NCBI GenBank assembly: GCA_017961685.1
Contig: JAGCWW010000050.1
Coordinates: 290 to 64,289 of the forward strand
DNA: 64,000 bases
From: Acholeplasmatales bacterium
GTDB taxonomy: Bacteria > Bacillota_I > Bacilli_A > Acholeplasmatales > JAEDCM01
Direction: 5' to 3'
Shown here: positions 35,900 to 45,374 of the stretch, in pieces
Position numbering within the stretch: position 1 is the stretch's first letter
How the letters are laid out: every line of letters begins with the position of its first letter
Notes under the pieces: generated by a model
Seen by the model: the letters and a program-made list of their open reading frames with translations, nothing else
Databases searched by the model: none
Told to the model about the DNA's origin: nothing
Translations under genes and position numbers: made by a program

Positions 35900-38800
35900 A
35901 TGAAGAAAGCAAGTAAGATTGCTTTTGTAGCTATGATGGGGTTACTATTATTTGGTTGTAGTAAGAAAAATAATAAAGATAAAACCAAAGATACAACTAA
36001 TGTAACTACAAAGGTTGAAAGAAAAGCTACTTTAATTTATTCTGCTGGAGAAGGAGCAACTATTCCAGGGTCTAAATTAGGTGCTGAAGTAATTTATGGA
36101 AAGAGCTTTACGCTAGATGTTCCAACTAAGAAAGGTTCAACTTTTAAAGGTTGGTATATAAGAGAAGGTATTACTAGAATTGATTTAACTGATGCCAGCG
36201 GTAAATCACTTAAAAACTTCGATTATGAATTTAGTGGAAGCGAATTAACTATTTATGCTGATTGGACTACTGAAGTTGAAACAGTAACATTTAACTCATG
36301 CGGTGGAACAAATGTTAATGCACAAGAAGTAGAATATGGTAGTTATGCAAGCCGTCCTGATACCAATCCTACAAGAGATGGTTATACTTTTGATGATTGG
36401 TATACAAAAGAAGTAGGTGGAGAAAAATGGACATTTACTTCTACACAAGTTTTAGCAGATACAACAATTTATGCACATTGGACACCAAAGCAATATGCTT
36501 TAGATTTTGATACTGATGATGATTCAATGGGTACAGTTAGTTGTTCAATTACTGATGCTGTTGTTGATTGTGGAACTAGTTTCACTTTAACAGCTACAGA
36601 AAAAGAAGGATACACATTTGATCGTTGGTATTATTATAAAGATGCTGATTTATCAACTAGAATTCCACTAGATAATGGAACTTCAAAAACTGTTACATTA
36701 ACAATGCCAGCATATGATGTAAGTTATTTAGCTGTATGGACTACATGTGAATTAACTACTCAAAAAGTTGGTGATGGTATTATTTCTGTATATGATACAG
36801 CAAATATAACAGCAGGTAAAACAGTTGAATTAGTAGCTAAACCTGCTACTGGTTATACATTTGCTGGTTGGTATTATGGAGAAGAACAAGAGGTTGCTCC
36901 AAGTGATTGTACTTATGATAGCGAATCTGGTTCATATACATATGCATATGTTATGCCAAAAGCTAGTCTTACATTAACTGCTAAATTTGTAATTAATACT
37001 CATACAATTACAATTGATAAGACAATTTTAAGAACTACTACTGAAAAATATGGAACTATTTCACAAAGTGGAAATGGAACATATGAATATGGTGGTAGTG
37101 TTACTCTAACAGCATCTGCAGAAGATGGTTATACATTCTTAGGATGGTATGGCAGCAGTGATACATTAGTAACTCCTCAAGAAAGTTTTACATTTAATGT
37201 AGAAGATAGAGATTATGCTTTCACTGCAAAATTCACATATTATACAGTAACTACTTTAGTTTCATCTGATTGTAGTGATAGAGGAACAATTAATGAAACA
37301 TATAATAATGTAAAAGTTACTGTTGGTGATCTTATTTACTTAGAAGCAACTCCAAAGACTTGGAACCAATTCAATGGTTGGTATGATCAAAATGATGAAT
37401 TAGCATTTGCTTCAAGCGAATTATTTTTTGAAATGTCAGCAGAAGATTTATACTTATGCGCTAAATTTGGGTTAATCGAATATACTATTACATATGATTT
37501 AGATGCAACAGATGCAACAAATAATGAAGGAAATAAAGCTAAATTTACTACAGAAGATATTCCACTAGTATTATTAGATCCTTCAAGAGTTGGTTATACA
37601 TTTAGTGGATGGGTTGATGCAACAACTAACCAACCTATTACTGAAATAAATGAAAATAACTTTGGAAGCAAGAGCATTAAAGCTACTTGGACAGCTAAAA
37701 CATATAAGATTTACTTCTACAATGGTATATCTGGTGTAGAAGGAAGTAATCAAGGTGTATATGATATTTATTTAGGCGGAGTTGCAGATGGCACTTCAGA
37801 TACAACTTGTAATATTACTTATGATTCACAAGTTAAATTAAAATTCAGACCATATGCTGGAAGACAAGTACAATCTATATTATTCTATATAGGCAATGAA
37901 TTAGTTGAAACATTAGTTGATGATTATGATTCAACAGCTGATTATACATTTACAAGTAAGCTAATTAACGAAACTACTCAAAATGCATCAATTAGAGTAA
38001 TATTTGAAGCAGTAGAAGAAATGAAGTATTTCACTTTTATGGCTGGTAAGGTACAATATGAAAAAACATATAACTGTAAAATTACTGGTGCAAATCCTGA
38101 ATATGTTAATGCAAGTGGATATGTTGATATAACAGAATTAACTATTCCTAATTATGTTGATGGATTCTCTTATGGTTCATTAGCTAAATTTACTATGTTA
38201 AAAACATTATCAACACCAATTATTGGATTAATGGGTGACGGAACAACAACTGGTAAAAGTCAAATGTATGTATTTAGTTATGTATTTGGTTCACAAGAAC
38301 TATATAATACAGTTAAGAGTGTATATGTGTATAACGTTGAAAATAACAATACATCAACTGCATATTTACCAAAAGATTTAGAAGTAGTAAAAATCACAAA
38401 TATGGATATAATTCCATGTTGTGCATTTGCATTCATTAGTGGATGCCCAACTAACTTTAAAGTTGTTGAACTTTATCCAACAGCAGTAGGTGATTATGCA
38501 TTCTATGGATCTAATATAGCAGGTAATTATGTTCCGTCTAATGGAGAATATGTTTATAGCGTTGGTTCATATGCAACTTATATTGGAAAATACGCCTTTG
38601 CAAATGATACTGCATTAACATATTTCCATTACTCACTTACTGGAGATTCAATTACAGATATTAAAAAGATTACAATTGGCAAATGTGCATTTGCTGGTTG
38701 TAAAAATCTAAATTATCTTCAAGTACCATTCGTTGGTGAAAGTGCTAATTTCGATACATCAAGTACTGATTTTAATATTAAATATTCATTCTTCTATTGG

Positions 38801-39559
38801 TTTGGTGAATCTAGTGATAGTAAAGTACAAAATAAATCAGATATGTATGCATGGATTGCATGGGACGATAATGTTTATTATGTTCCAAAAACAATTGGTT
38901 CAGCAAAATTCAATATCGATTTTGTATCATTCTGTGGTATTGCATTTGGAGCATTCGCATATAAGGGACCAGATACTGCTGGTTCAACTAGTGCACCATT
39001 ACTTGAAATATATTTTGAAAATGCCGCATATAATGGTAATACTACATGCTATAAAATAGGCAATTATGCATTTTATAAAGTTCCAAGAGTAAGATTCTAT
39101 GAATATAGCGGAAATGTTCAATTGTATTGTGTTAATGAAATTGGTGAAAGAGCATTCCAAAATGCTGGATTACATAATAGCCCATTCTCACGTTATTCTC
39201 ATGATGTGGTAACAATTGGAGATTATGCTTTCTTTAATGCATTTAGTACTGTAACTAGTGGTGTAGACATTATTCTTCCAGATACAGTAAAAACTATTAG
39301 ACAATGTGCATTTGCAGGTAGTCATAATAAAATTAATAGATTTGTATTCAATAAAGGTTTAACTTCAATTTCTAATATCTTTAAAGGTGACGATACAAAT
39401 TGTGCAGATGTCGGTAATGTATATTTCTATGGTACACAAACTGAATATGAAAGCTCAACAGTAAAATCTAGTGTTATAACTTGGAATATTGGCTTAACTA
39501 AGATTTATAAATATGATGGCTTATACGAATTTACTACAACAGTAATAGCTACATTATAA
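35900..39559 (+). CDS. Paralogous giant surface lipoprotein (1219 aa) with the same architecture
   Basis: ATG at 35900 after AAGGAGGG. The signal peptide and lipobox are nearly identical to the upstream gene (KIAFVAMMGLLLFGCSKKNNKD). It is collinear but diverged, with a longer C-terminal BspA-type LRR region. Confidence 0.8.
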   Translation: MKKASKIAFVAMMGLLLFGCSKKNNKDKTKDTTNVTTKVERKATLIYSAGEGATIPGSKLGAEVIYGKSFTLDVPTKKGSTFKGWYIREGITRIDLTDASGKSLKNFDYEFSGSELTIYADWTTEVETVTFNSCGGTNVNAQEVEYGSYASRPDTNPTRDGYTFDDWYTKEVGGEKWTFTSTQVLADTTIYAHWTPKQYALDFDTDDDSMGTVSCSITDAVVDCGTSFTLTATEKEGYTFDRWYYYKDADLSTRIPLDNGTSKTVTLTMPAYDVSYLAVWTTCELTTQKVGDGIISVYDTANITAGKTVELVAKPATGYTFAGWYYGEEQEVAPSDCTYDSESGSYTYAYVMPKASLTLTAKFVINTHTITIDKTILRTTTEKYGTISQSGNGTYEYGGSVTLTASAEDGYTFLGWYGSSDTLVTPQESFTFNVEDRDYAFTAKFTYYTVTTLVSSDCSDRGTINETYNNVKVTVGDLIYLEATPKTWNQFNGWYDQNDELAFASSELFFEMSAEDLYLCAKFGLIEYTITYDLDATDATNNEGNKAKFTTEDIPLVLLDPSRVGYTFSGWVDATTNQPITEINENNFGSKSIKATWTAKTYKIYFYNGISGVEGSNQGVYDIYLGGVADGTSDTTCNITYDSQVKLKFRPYAGRQVQSILFYIGNELVETLVDDYDSTADYTFTSKLINETTQNASIRVIFEAVEEMKYFTFMAGKVQYEKTYNCKITGANPEYVNASGYVDITELTIPNYVDGFSYGSLAKFTMLKTLSTPIIGLMGDGTTTGKSQMYVFSYVFGSQELYNTVKSVYVYNVENNNTSTAYLPKDLEVVKITNMDIIPCCAFAFISGCPTNFKVVELYPTAVGDYAFYGSNIAGNYVPSNGEYVYSVGSYATYIGKYAFANDTALTYFHYSLTGDSITDIKKITIGKCAFAGCKNLNYLQVPFVGESANFDTSSTDFNIKYSFFYWFGESSDSKVQNKSDMYAWIAWDDNVYYVPKTIGSAKFNIDFVSFCGIAFGAFAYKGPDTAGSTSAPLLEIYFENAAYNGNTTCYKIGNYAFYKVPRVRFYEYSGNVQLYCVNEIGERAFQNAGLHNSPFSRYSHDVVTIGDYAFFNAFSTVTSGVDIILPDTVKTIRQCAFAGSHNKINRFVFNKGLTSISNIFKGDDTNCADVGNVYFYGTQTEYESSTVKSSVITWNIGLTKIYKYDGLYEFTTTVIATL

Positions 39560-39570
39560 TTAAATAAATT

Positions 39571-39603
39571 AGAGATAATCGATAAAAAGATTATCTCTTT
39601 TTT
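39571..39603 (+). terminator. Terminator of the lipoprotein gene
   Basis: AGAGATAATC-loop-GATTATCTCT followed by T5. Confidence 0.7.
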
Positions 39604-39610
39604 GTTAAGT

Positions 39611-39636
39611 AAAAAAGGAGTAGAATTCTACTCCTT
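39611..39636 (-). terminator. Terminator of ispG (the hairpin includes the stop codon)
   Basis: AAGGAGTAGAATTCTACTCCTT palindrome, with a T-run on the minus strand. Confidence 0.5.
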
Positions 39637-40665
39637 AATTAATTTATTTAATTCAATAATAAATTCATTATATAAATTCTTTTCATCAACTTTTTTAATG
39701 ATATTACCATGTGATATTATAACACCACTATTTTTACCACCACATATAGCCAAATCAGCATACTTTGCTTCACCTATACCATTAACAACACACCCCATAA
39801 CTGCAAGTTTTAGAGGCTTTTTAATATTTTTAATATATTCGTTAATTTTATTAGCTATAGGTATTAAATCATATTCTGTTCTACCACATGTAGGACATAC
39901 TGTAAGTGTTGGTTTACTATATAAATTAAAGTTAGATAAAATCTCTTTAGCCGCAGTTACTTCATTAACTGGATTACTTGCAAGTGATACTCTAATAGTA
40001 TCACCTATACCTTCATATAAAAGGATTCCTAAACCAATAGATGATTTAACTAAACCACTATAATCTAGCCCTGCTTCAGTTATGCCTATATGCATAGGAT
40101 AATTATACATAGAAGAAGCTAGTTCATAAGCTTTAACACATAAATTAATATCATTTGCTTTTAGTGAGATACATATATCATAAAAGTTAAGAGATTCTAA
40201 TATATCTATATGACGTTTAAGAGCCATAACCATATTATTTGCGTTTAATTCTAAATCTTTTGGTAAGCTTCCTGCATTAACTCCAATTCTAATAGGAATA
40301 CTTTTTTCTTTACATAAATTAACAACTTCCTTAACATGCTCAATATTTTCAATATTGCCTGGATTTAAACGTATTTTATCGCATCCTGAATTAATTGATT
40401 CAATTGCTAATTTATAATCAAAATGAATGTCCGCAACTATTGGTATATTAGTTTCTTTTTTTATTTCTTTAATAGATTTCGCATCATCCATATCTAAAAT
40501 AGATACTCTAATTATATCGCAACCATTACTTTCCAATTCTTTAATTTGTTTAATGACTAAATCAGTTTTACTAGTCTTTATATTAGTCATGCTTTGAATC
40601 AAAATAGGGTTAGTACCACCTATTAATTTATCACCTATTTTAATAACCTTAGTTAATTTACGCAT
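39628..40665 (-). CDS. ispG: 4-hydroxy-3-methylbut-2-enyl diphosphate synthase
   Basis: GcpE-like length and motifs (IRVS, RLNPGN, CPTCGR). The start is ATG at 40665, 5 nt after GGTGG. Confidence 0.9.
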   Translation of the reverse strand: MRKLTKVIKIGDKLIGGTNPILIQSMTNIKTSKTDLVIKQIKELESNGCDIIRVSILDMDDAKSIKEIKKETNIPIVADIHFDYKLAIESINSGCDKIRLNPGNIENIEHVKEVVNLCKEKSIPIRIGVNAGSLPKDLELNANNMVMALKRHIDILESLNFYDICISLKANDINLCVKAYELASSMYNYPMHIGITEAGLDYSGLVKSSIGLGILLYEGIGDTIRVSLASNPVNEVTAAKEILSNFNLYSKPTLTVCPTCGRTEYDLIPIANKINEYIKNIKKPLKLAVMGCVVNGIGEAKYADLAICGGKNSGVIISHGNIIKKVDEKNLYNEFIIELNKLIKE

Positions 40666-40767
40666 ATTTACCACCAAATTAATTATAACATAAAAAAACT
40701 AGTTGAAAAATATTTAAATAATGATATAATATAAAAGGAAATAAAAAAAATGTAGGGAGGTTTAACC

Positions 40768-40917
40768 ATGCGTGATTTTATAAGATTATTATGTACAGAA
40801 TGTAAGGAAGAAAACTATTACACTGATAAGAATAAAAAAACAATCCCTGGACGTTTCGAAATCAAGAAATATTGTCCTAAATGTAAAAAGCATACTTTAC
40901 ACAGAGAAAAGAAGTAA
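40768..40917 (+). CDS. rpmG: 50S ribosomal protein L33
   Basis: [49 protein letters not shown], with two CxxC pairs. GGGAGG RBS. A terminator hairpin AGAGTTGA-taaaa-TTCAACTCT follows. It is not in the ORF track (49 aa). Confidence 0.85.
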   Translation: MRDFIRLLCTECKEENYYTDKNKKTIPGRFEIKKYCPKCKKHTLHREKK

Positions 40918-40970
40918 GAGTTGATAAAATTCAACTCTTTATTTTTTTTATAAAAAAATGATTGAAGTGA

Positions 40971-41210
40971 ATATATGGTTATACTACAAAAGCATTTAAT
41001 CAACAAGTAAATAGGAATATTAATAAATTTCCAGAAAGATACAGGTTTAAATTAACCAAGAATGAAGTTGAATACTTATCGAGGTCACAATTTGTGACCA
41101 CGATTATGCAAGAGTCGGGCATTAGAGGAGGACGTGTTTATTTACCCTATGCATTTACAGAACAAGGTATATATATGCTTATGGCAGTGTTAAAAGGAGT
41201 GAATATATGA
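40971..41210 (+). pseudogene. 5'-truncated fragment of an ORF6N (KilA-N-like) domain gene
   Basis: An in-frame translation with no start codon: ...KFPERYRFKLTKNEVEYLSRS...LPYAFTEQGIYMLMAVLKG. It parallels residues ~35-107 of the next gene. A 42-nt block (41141-41182) is identical to 41480-41521. Confidence 0.6.
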
Positions 41211-42184
41211 ATAATGATGTAATTATATCAGAATTAAATAATGAAAGAATTGAATCCATGATATATGAAATTAGAGGAGTTAAAGTAATGCTAGACTTTG
41301 ATTTAGCTAGAATATATGGATATGAAACTAAAAGATTAAATGAGCAAGTTAAGAATAATATTACGAAATTCCCTGAACGATATAGATTTAAATTAACAAA
41401 AGAGGAGTTATATTCTTTAGCGAGGTCGAAAAAAACGACCGCGCAGATTTGGGCAACAAATGAAGGTGGAAGAACTACATTACCCTATGCATTTACAGAA
41501 CAAGGTATATATATGCTTATGACTGTTTTAAAAGGAGATTTAGCCACAAAGCAAAGTATTATTTTAATTGATACATTTAAACAAATGAAAGATTTTTTAA
41601 TTGAATCAAATAAATTATTATCAATTAATGAATTAATAAAACTAGTTAATGAACAAAATGATAAATTTGCCACAAAAGCTGAATTAGAAACAATAAAAAA
41701 TGATTTATCTATTTTAATGGATAAATTTATTAATATAAAAAATAACTATCTATTTTTTAAGGGCGAAAGAATAGAAGTGGATTGCTTTTTTCAAAATGTT
41801 TTTTCTAAGGCAAAACACTCCATTTATATTATTGATGATTATATCGATATTAAAACATTATTATTACTTAAATGCGTTAATACAAAGGTAAAAATAATTA
41901 TATTTACTGATAATAAAGGGACAAATAGCTTAACTAAAGAATTTATAAACGATTTTAAAAAGGATACTAATATTAATCTAATAATTAAAGAAAATAAAGA
42001 ACTTCATGATAGAGTTATTGTAATAGATTTTAATTATAAAAATGAAGTAATTTATCACTTAGGACAATCAATTAAAGATAGTGGTAATAGAGTTGGTGGA
42101 ATAGATATAATAAGTGATAGATTAAAATATAGTGAAATAATATCTAAAATGATAATTAATAATAAAGAATTAGATTTATTATGA
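41207..42184 (+). CDS. ORF6N-domain DNA-binding protein with an uncharacterised C-terminal domain (HxR..D PLD-like motif?)
   Basis: N-terminus IYEIRGVKVMLDFDLARIYG...FPERYRFKLT...LPYAFTEQG. C-terminus IYIIDDY...LHDRVIVID...YHLGQSIKD. Confidence 0.6.
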   Translation: MNNDVIISELNNERIESMIYEIRGVKVMLDFDLARIYGYETKRLNEQVKNNITKFPERYRFKLTKEELYSLARSKKTTAQIWATNEGGRTTLPYAFTEQGIYMLMTVLKGDLATKQSIILIDTFKQMKDFLIESNKLLSINELIKLVNEQNDKFATKAELETIKNDLSILMDKFINIKNNYLFFKGERIEVDCFFQNVFSKAKHSIYIIDDYIDIKTLLLLKCVNTKVKIIIFTDNKGTNSLTKEFINDFKKDTNINLIIKENKELHDRVIVIDFNYKNEVIYHLGQSIKDSGNRVGGIDIISDRLKYSEIISKMIINNKELDLL

Positions 42185-42206
42185 TATAATCATATTGGTG
42201 ATATTT

Positions 42207-42836
42207 ATGATTAAAAAAATAGTATCTAATGATATTATAGATATGAATGTATATTTAATAATTGATGAAAATAAGTGTTTTATAGTAGATCCAGGTGGAA
42301 ATTATAGCGAAATAGAAAAAACGATAAAAGAGCTAAATTTAGAGGTTTTAGGAATACTTTTAACTCATGCTCATGTAGATCATACTTATTTAATTGGTAA
42401 GTTTAACTGTCCAATATACATTCATGAAAAAGAAGTTGAAATTTTAAAATATAGTAACTTATCTTTATATGATTCATTTGGCTTTGATATGCCTTTTAAT
42501 TATTTAAAACTAGATATTAAAAAGATTAAGGATAACGATATAATTAAACTAAATGATAAAGAAATTAAAGTAATTCATACACCAGGTCATACAAAAGGTT
42601 CTGTATGTTATTTAATAGACAATAAATTGTTTAGTGGTGATACTTTATTTAAAGAATCATGTGGTAGATGTGACTTACCTTCTGGTAGTGAAGTTGATAT
42701 GGCTAAGTCTTTAATTAAATTAATTGATAATTTAGATGAATTTATAAAAGTTTATCCAGGACATGATGAAACAACAACAATCAAACATGAAAAAGAATTT
42801 AATGCACCATATAAATATTATAAAAAGGTAGCTTAG
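42207..42836 (+). CDS. MBL-fold metallo-hydrolase (glyoxalase II-like)
   Basis: THAHVDH motif, plus HTPGHT and D..F. Confidence 0.8.
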   Translation: MIKKIVSNDIIDMNVYLIIDENKCFIVDPGGNYSEIEKTIKELNLEVLGILLTHAHVDHTYLIGKFNCPIYIHEKEVEILKYSNLSLYDSFGFDMPFNYLKLDIKKIKDNDIIKLNDKEIKVIHTPGHTKGSVCYLIDNKLFSGDTLFKESCGRCDLPSGSEVDMAKSLIKLIDNLDEFIKVYPGHDETTTIKHEKEFNAPYKYYKKVA

Positions 42837-42939
42837 GCAAGATTATTTAAAATAACCTTCCTTTTTTTGTTATACAACTTGTATATTTTATATAATTTAT
42901 ATCATTTTTGTTATAAAATATTATACGAAGGTGATCGTT

Positions 42940-43947
42940 ATGAAAATATTATTTATTGGTGGTACTGGAACTATCAGTATGGCTATTACAAAACAAATAT
43001 TAAAAGAAGGAAAAGATGAATTATATCTATTAAATAGAGGTAATAGAAATAATAGTTTAGAAGGCATTAAAGAAATTAATGTTGATATTAATGGAGATAT
43101 TAATAAAGTTAAAGAAAAACTAAAAGATTTAGAATTTGATTGTGTTTGTGATTTTATAATATTCCATTTAGATCAAGCTAAACGTGATTATGAATTATTC
43201 AAAGATAAAACAAAACAATTTATCTTTATATCTAGTGCATCAGCTTATAAGAAGCCTGTAGATAATTTTATTATCACAGAAAAAACACCACTAGAAAATC
43301 CTTACTGGCAGTATTCTAGAGATAAAAAGGAAATTGAAGAATATTTCTTAGATAAATATAAGACTGAAGGCTTCCCTATAACTATTGTTAGACCAAGTCA
43401 CACATATGATGAAAGAAGTGTTCCACTTGGAGTACATGGTGCTAAAGGAAGCTATCAAGTAGTTAAAAGAATGCTTGAAGGAAAGAAAGTTATAATTCAT
43501 GGAGATGGTGAATCACTATGGGTGATGACTAATAATTATGATTTTGCTAAACTATTTGTACCACTAATTGGTAATTCTAAGACAATAGGTGAAGCATATC
43601 AAATAACAGGTGATGAAGTATTAACTTGGAATAATATATATAAAAATATTGCAAATGCTTTAAATGTTGAATTAAAGCCAATTTATGTTTCTTCACAATT
43701 ACTTGCAGAGCTTTCTGATTTTGAAGGAACTCTAATAGGTGATAAAGCAAATAGTGTTATTTTTGATAATAAAAAAGTAAAAGAATTTAACCCGAATTTT
43801 AAACAAGAAATCTTATTTAAAGATGGTATTAAAAAGACTATAGATTATGTTTTAACTCATAAAGAATGTCAAATAGAAGATAAGGAATTTGATGATTTTT
43901 GTGATAAATTAATAGAAAAATTAGAAAAAATTAAGGAGGAATTTTAA
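42940..43947 (+). CDS. NAD-dependent epimerase/dehydratase family (extended SDR)
   Basis: N-terminal ILFIGGTGTIS Rossmann motif, with YxxxK (YSRDK). Confidence 0.7.
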   Translation: MKILFIGGTGTISMAITKQILKEGKDELYLLNRGNRNNSLEGIKEINVDINGDINKVKEKLKDLEFDCVCDFIIFHLDQAKRDYELFKDKTKQFIFISSASAYKKPVDNFIITEKTPLENPYWQYSRDKKEIEEYFLDKYKTEGFPITIVRPSHTYDERSVPLGVHGAKGSYQVVKRMLEGKKVIIHGDGESLWVMTNNYDFAKLFVPLIGNSKTIGEAYQITGDEVLTWNNIYKNIANALNVELKPIYVSSQLLAELSDFEGTLIGDKANSVIFDNKKVKEFNPNFKQEILFKDGIKKTIDYVLTHKECQIEDKEFDDFCDKLIEKLEKIKEEF

Positions 43948-43948
43948 A

Positions 43949-44647
43949 ATGGAAAAATATTGTTTTATTAGTGGAGCTAGTCGTGGAGTAGGTTATGAAA
44001 TTGCTAAATTTATGGCAAGTAAAGGTTATAATTTAGTTTTAGTCGCAAGAACTATTGATAACTTAAAAGGTATAATTGATGAAATTAAACAATATAACGT
44101 TAAATATATTGCTAGAAGCTGTAACTTAGAAGATATTGATTCAATTAATAATATGCTAAAAAGTATTAATGTTGATGTAGATATTGTATTTAACAATGCA
44201 GGTATCCAAATTGGATATGCTAAAGATTTTTTAAATGCAAGCTATGATTCATTTATGCCACAATTTTTAGTTAATACAATAGCGCCAACATTTATCACAT
44301 ATCATTTCTTAAAGAAAATGAAAAAAGGTTATATTATAAATGTAACTAGTGGAATTAATCATGAGCCAGAACAACCAGCATATTCTGGAAGTAAAGCAGC
44401 ACTAGATAAAATCACTAATGATTTAGCATTTAGATATAAAGATAGTGATATTACAATTAGCCTTGCAGATCCAGGATGGTGTAGAACTGATTTAGGTGGT
44501 AAAAACGCTCCAAATGACGTTAAATCAGTTATTCCAGGAATTGTTTTAGGAGCTTTTAGTAAAGATGCAAATGGTAAAACAATTCATGCTCAAGACTTCG
44601 TTAATTTGAGTTTAGATGAAGCTATTGAAAAGCTTAAAACTTATTAA
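43949..44647 (+). CDS. Short-chain dehydrogenase/reductase
   Basis: Motifs SGASRGVG, NNAG and YSGSKAA. Confidence 0.85.
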   Translation: MEKYCFISGASRGVGYEIAKFMASKGYNLVLVARTIDNLKGIIDEIKQYNVKYIARSCNLEDIDSINNMLKSINVDVDIVFNNAGIQIGYAKDFLNASYDSFMPQFLVNTIAPTFITYHFLKKMKKGYIINVTSGINHEPEQPAYSGSKAALDKITNDLAFRYKDSDITISLADPGWCRTDLGGKNAPNDVKSVIPGIVLGAFSKDANGKTIHAQDFVNLSLDEAIEKLKTY

Positions 44648-44747
44648 AAAGCACTCATAAGGTGCTTTTTTTAATGTATACGTTTACTTTATCTTATTAT
44701 TTTAAAAATAATAAATAAAGAGTATAATATATGTAGGTGATAACGAT

Positions 44748-45374
44748 ATGAATAGCTTAGGACATATAAAGCTAATAACTAAATCTATTTCTATTTTTAA
44801 TAATAAATTTCCTAATTTAAAAATAAGTGATGAGGATATTGAAATTCTTAAAAAAGGAGTTGTAGACCCTGATCATATAAATAAAACTAAAGGAAGTCAT
44901 TATGCCATTTATGATAAAAAAACAGATAGTTATCATAATAGAATAAAAGGAAAAAAAGATAATGCTTTTTCCAATTTGATTAAATATTATGATTATTCTG
45001 TTCAACAAAAAAGTATTTATTATTTAGGTTTTGCCCTACATTTTGTCATGGATATGCTAACTATTCCTCATGCTACAGGTATTCAAATCGCACCACTTTA
45101 TTATTTTGGCCGTCATCGTAAATATGAACGCTATACTACTAAAAATATGGAAAAATATTTTATAGATGATGTTGAAATTAATAATTTATTAAATATTGAT
45201 ATAAAAGAATTATTTAGAAGACATGCTGATGAAATAGATGGTTATAAGGATAAATTAAAAAAGAGTTATTATGATGAAATAAATAATAAAATGATTCCGT
45301 TAATTATTACATATACTGTATTATTTTTATACAAATACTATAATGAAAGGAGTGTTATAGATGCCAGAAATTAA
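44748..45374 (+). CDS. Zinc-dependent phospholipase C-family-like protein
   Basis: Ordered candidate metal ligands: GH near the N-terminus, DPD, GSHY and ALHFVMD...PH. This is a moderate call. Confidence 0.45.
   Translation: MNSLGHIKLITKSISIFNNKFPNLKISDEDIEILKKGVVDPDHINKTKGSHYAIYDKKTDSYHNRIKGKKDNAFSNLIKYYDYSVQQKSIYYLGFALHFVMDMLTIPHATGIQIAPLYYFGRHRKYERYTTKNMEKYFIDDVEINNLLNIDIKELFRRHADEIDGYKDKLKKSYYDEINNKMIPLIITYTVLFLYKYYNERSVIDARN

Noticed and set aside
32810-39059. Internal plus-strand ORFs 32810..33094 and 38733..39059
   Set aside because: They are out-of-frame ORFs within the two giant lipoprotein genes and have no independent signals.
39602-40063. 153-aa plus-strand ORF
   Set aside because: It lies entirely antisense to ispG, which has clear family motifs. 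It has low-complexity hydrophobic composition and no RBS.
40818-41006. 62-aa minus-strand ORF
   Set aside because: It overlaps the rpmG 3' end, its terminator and the ORF6N fragment, and it has no RBS. rpmG on the plus strand is clearly real.
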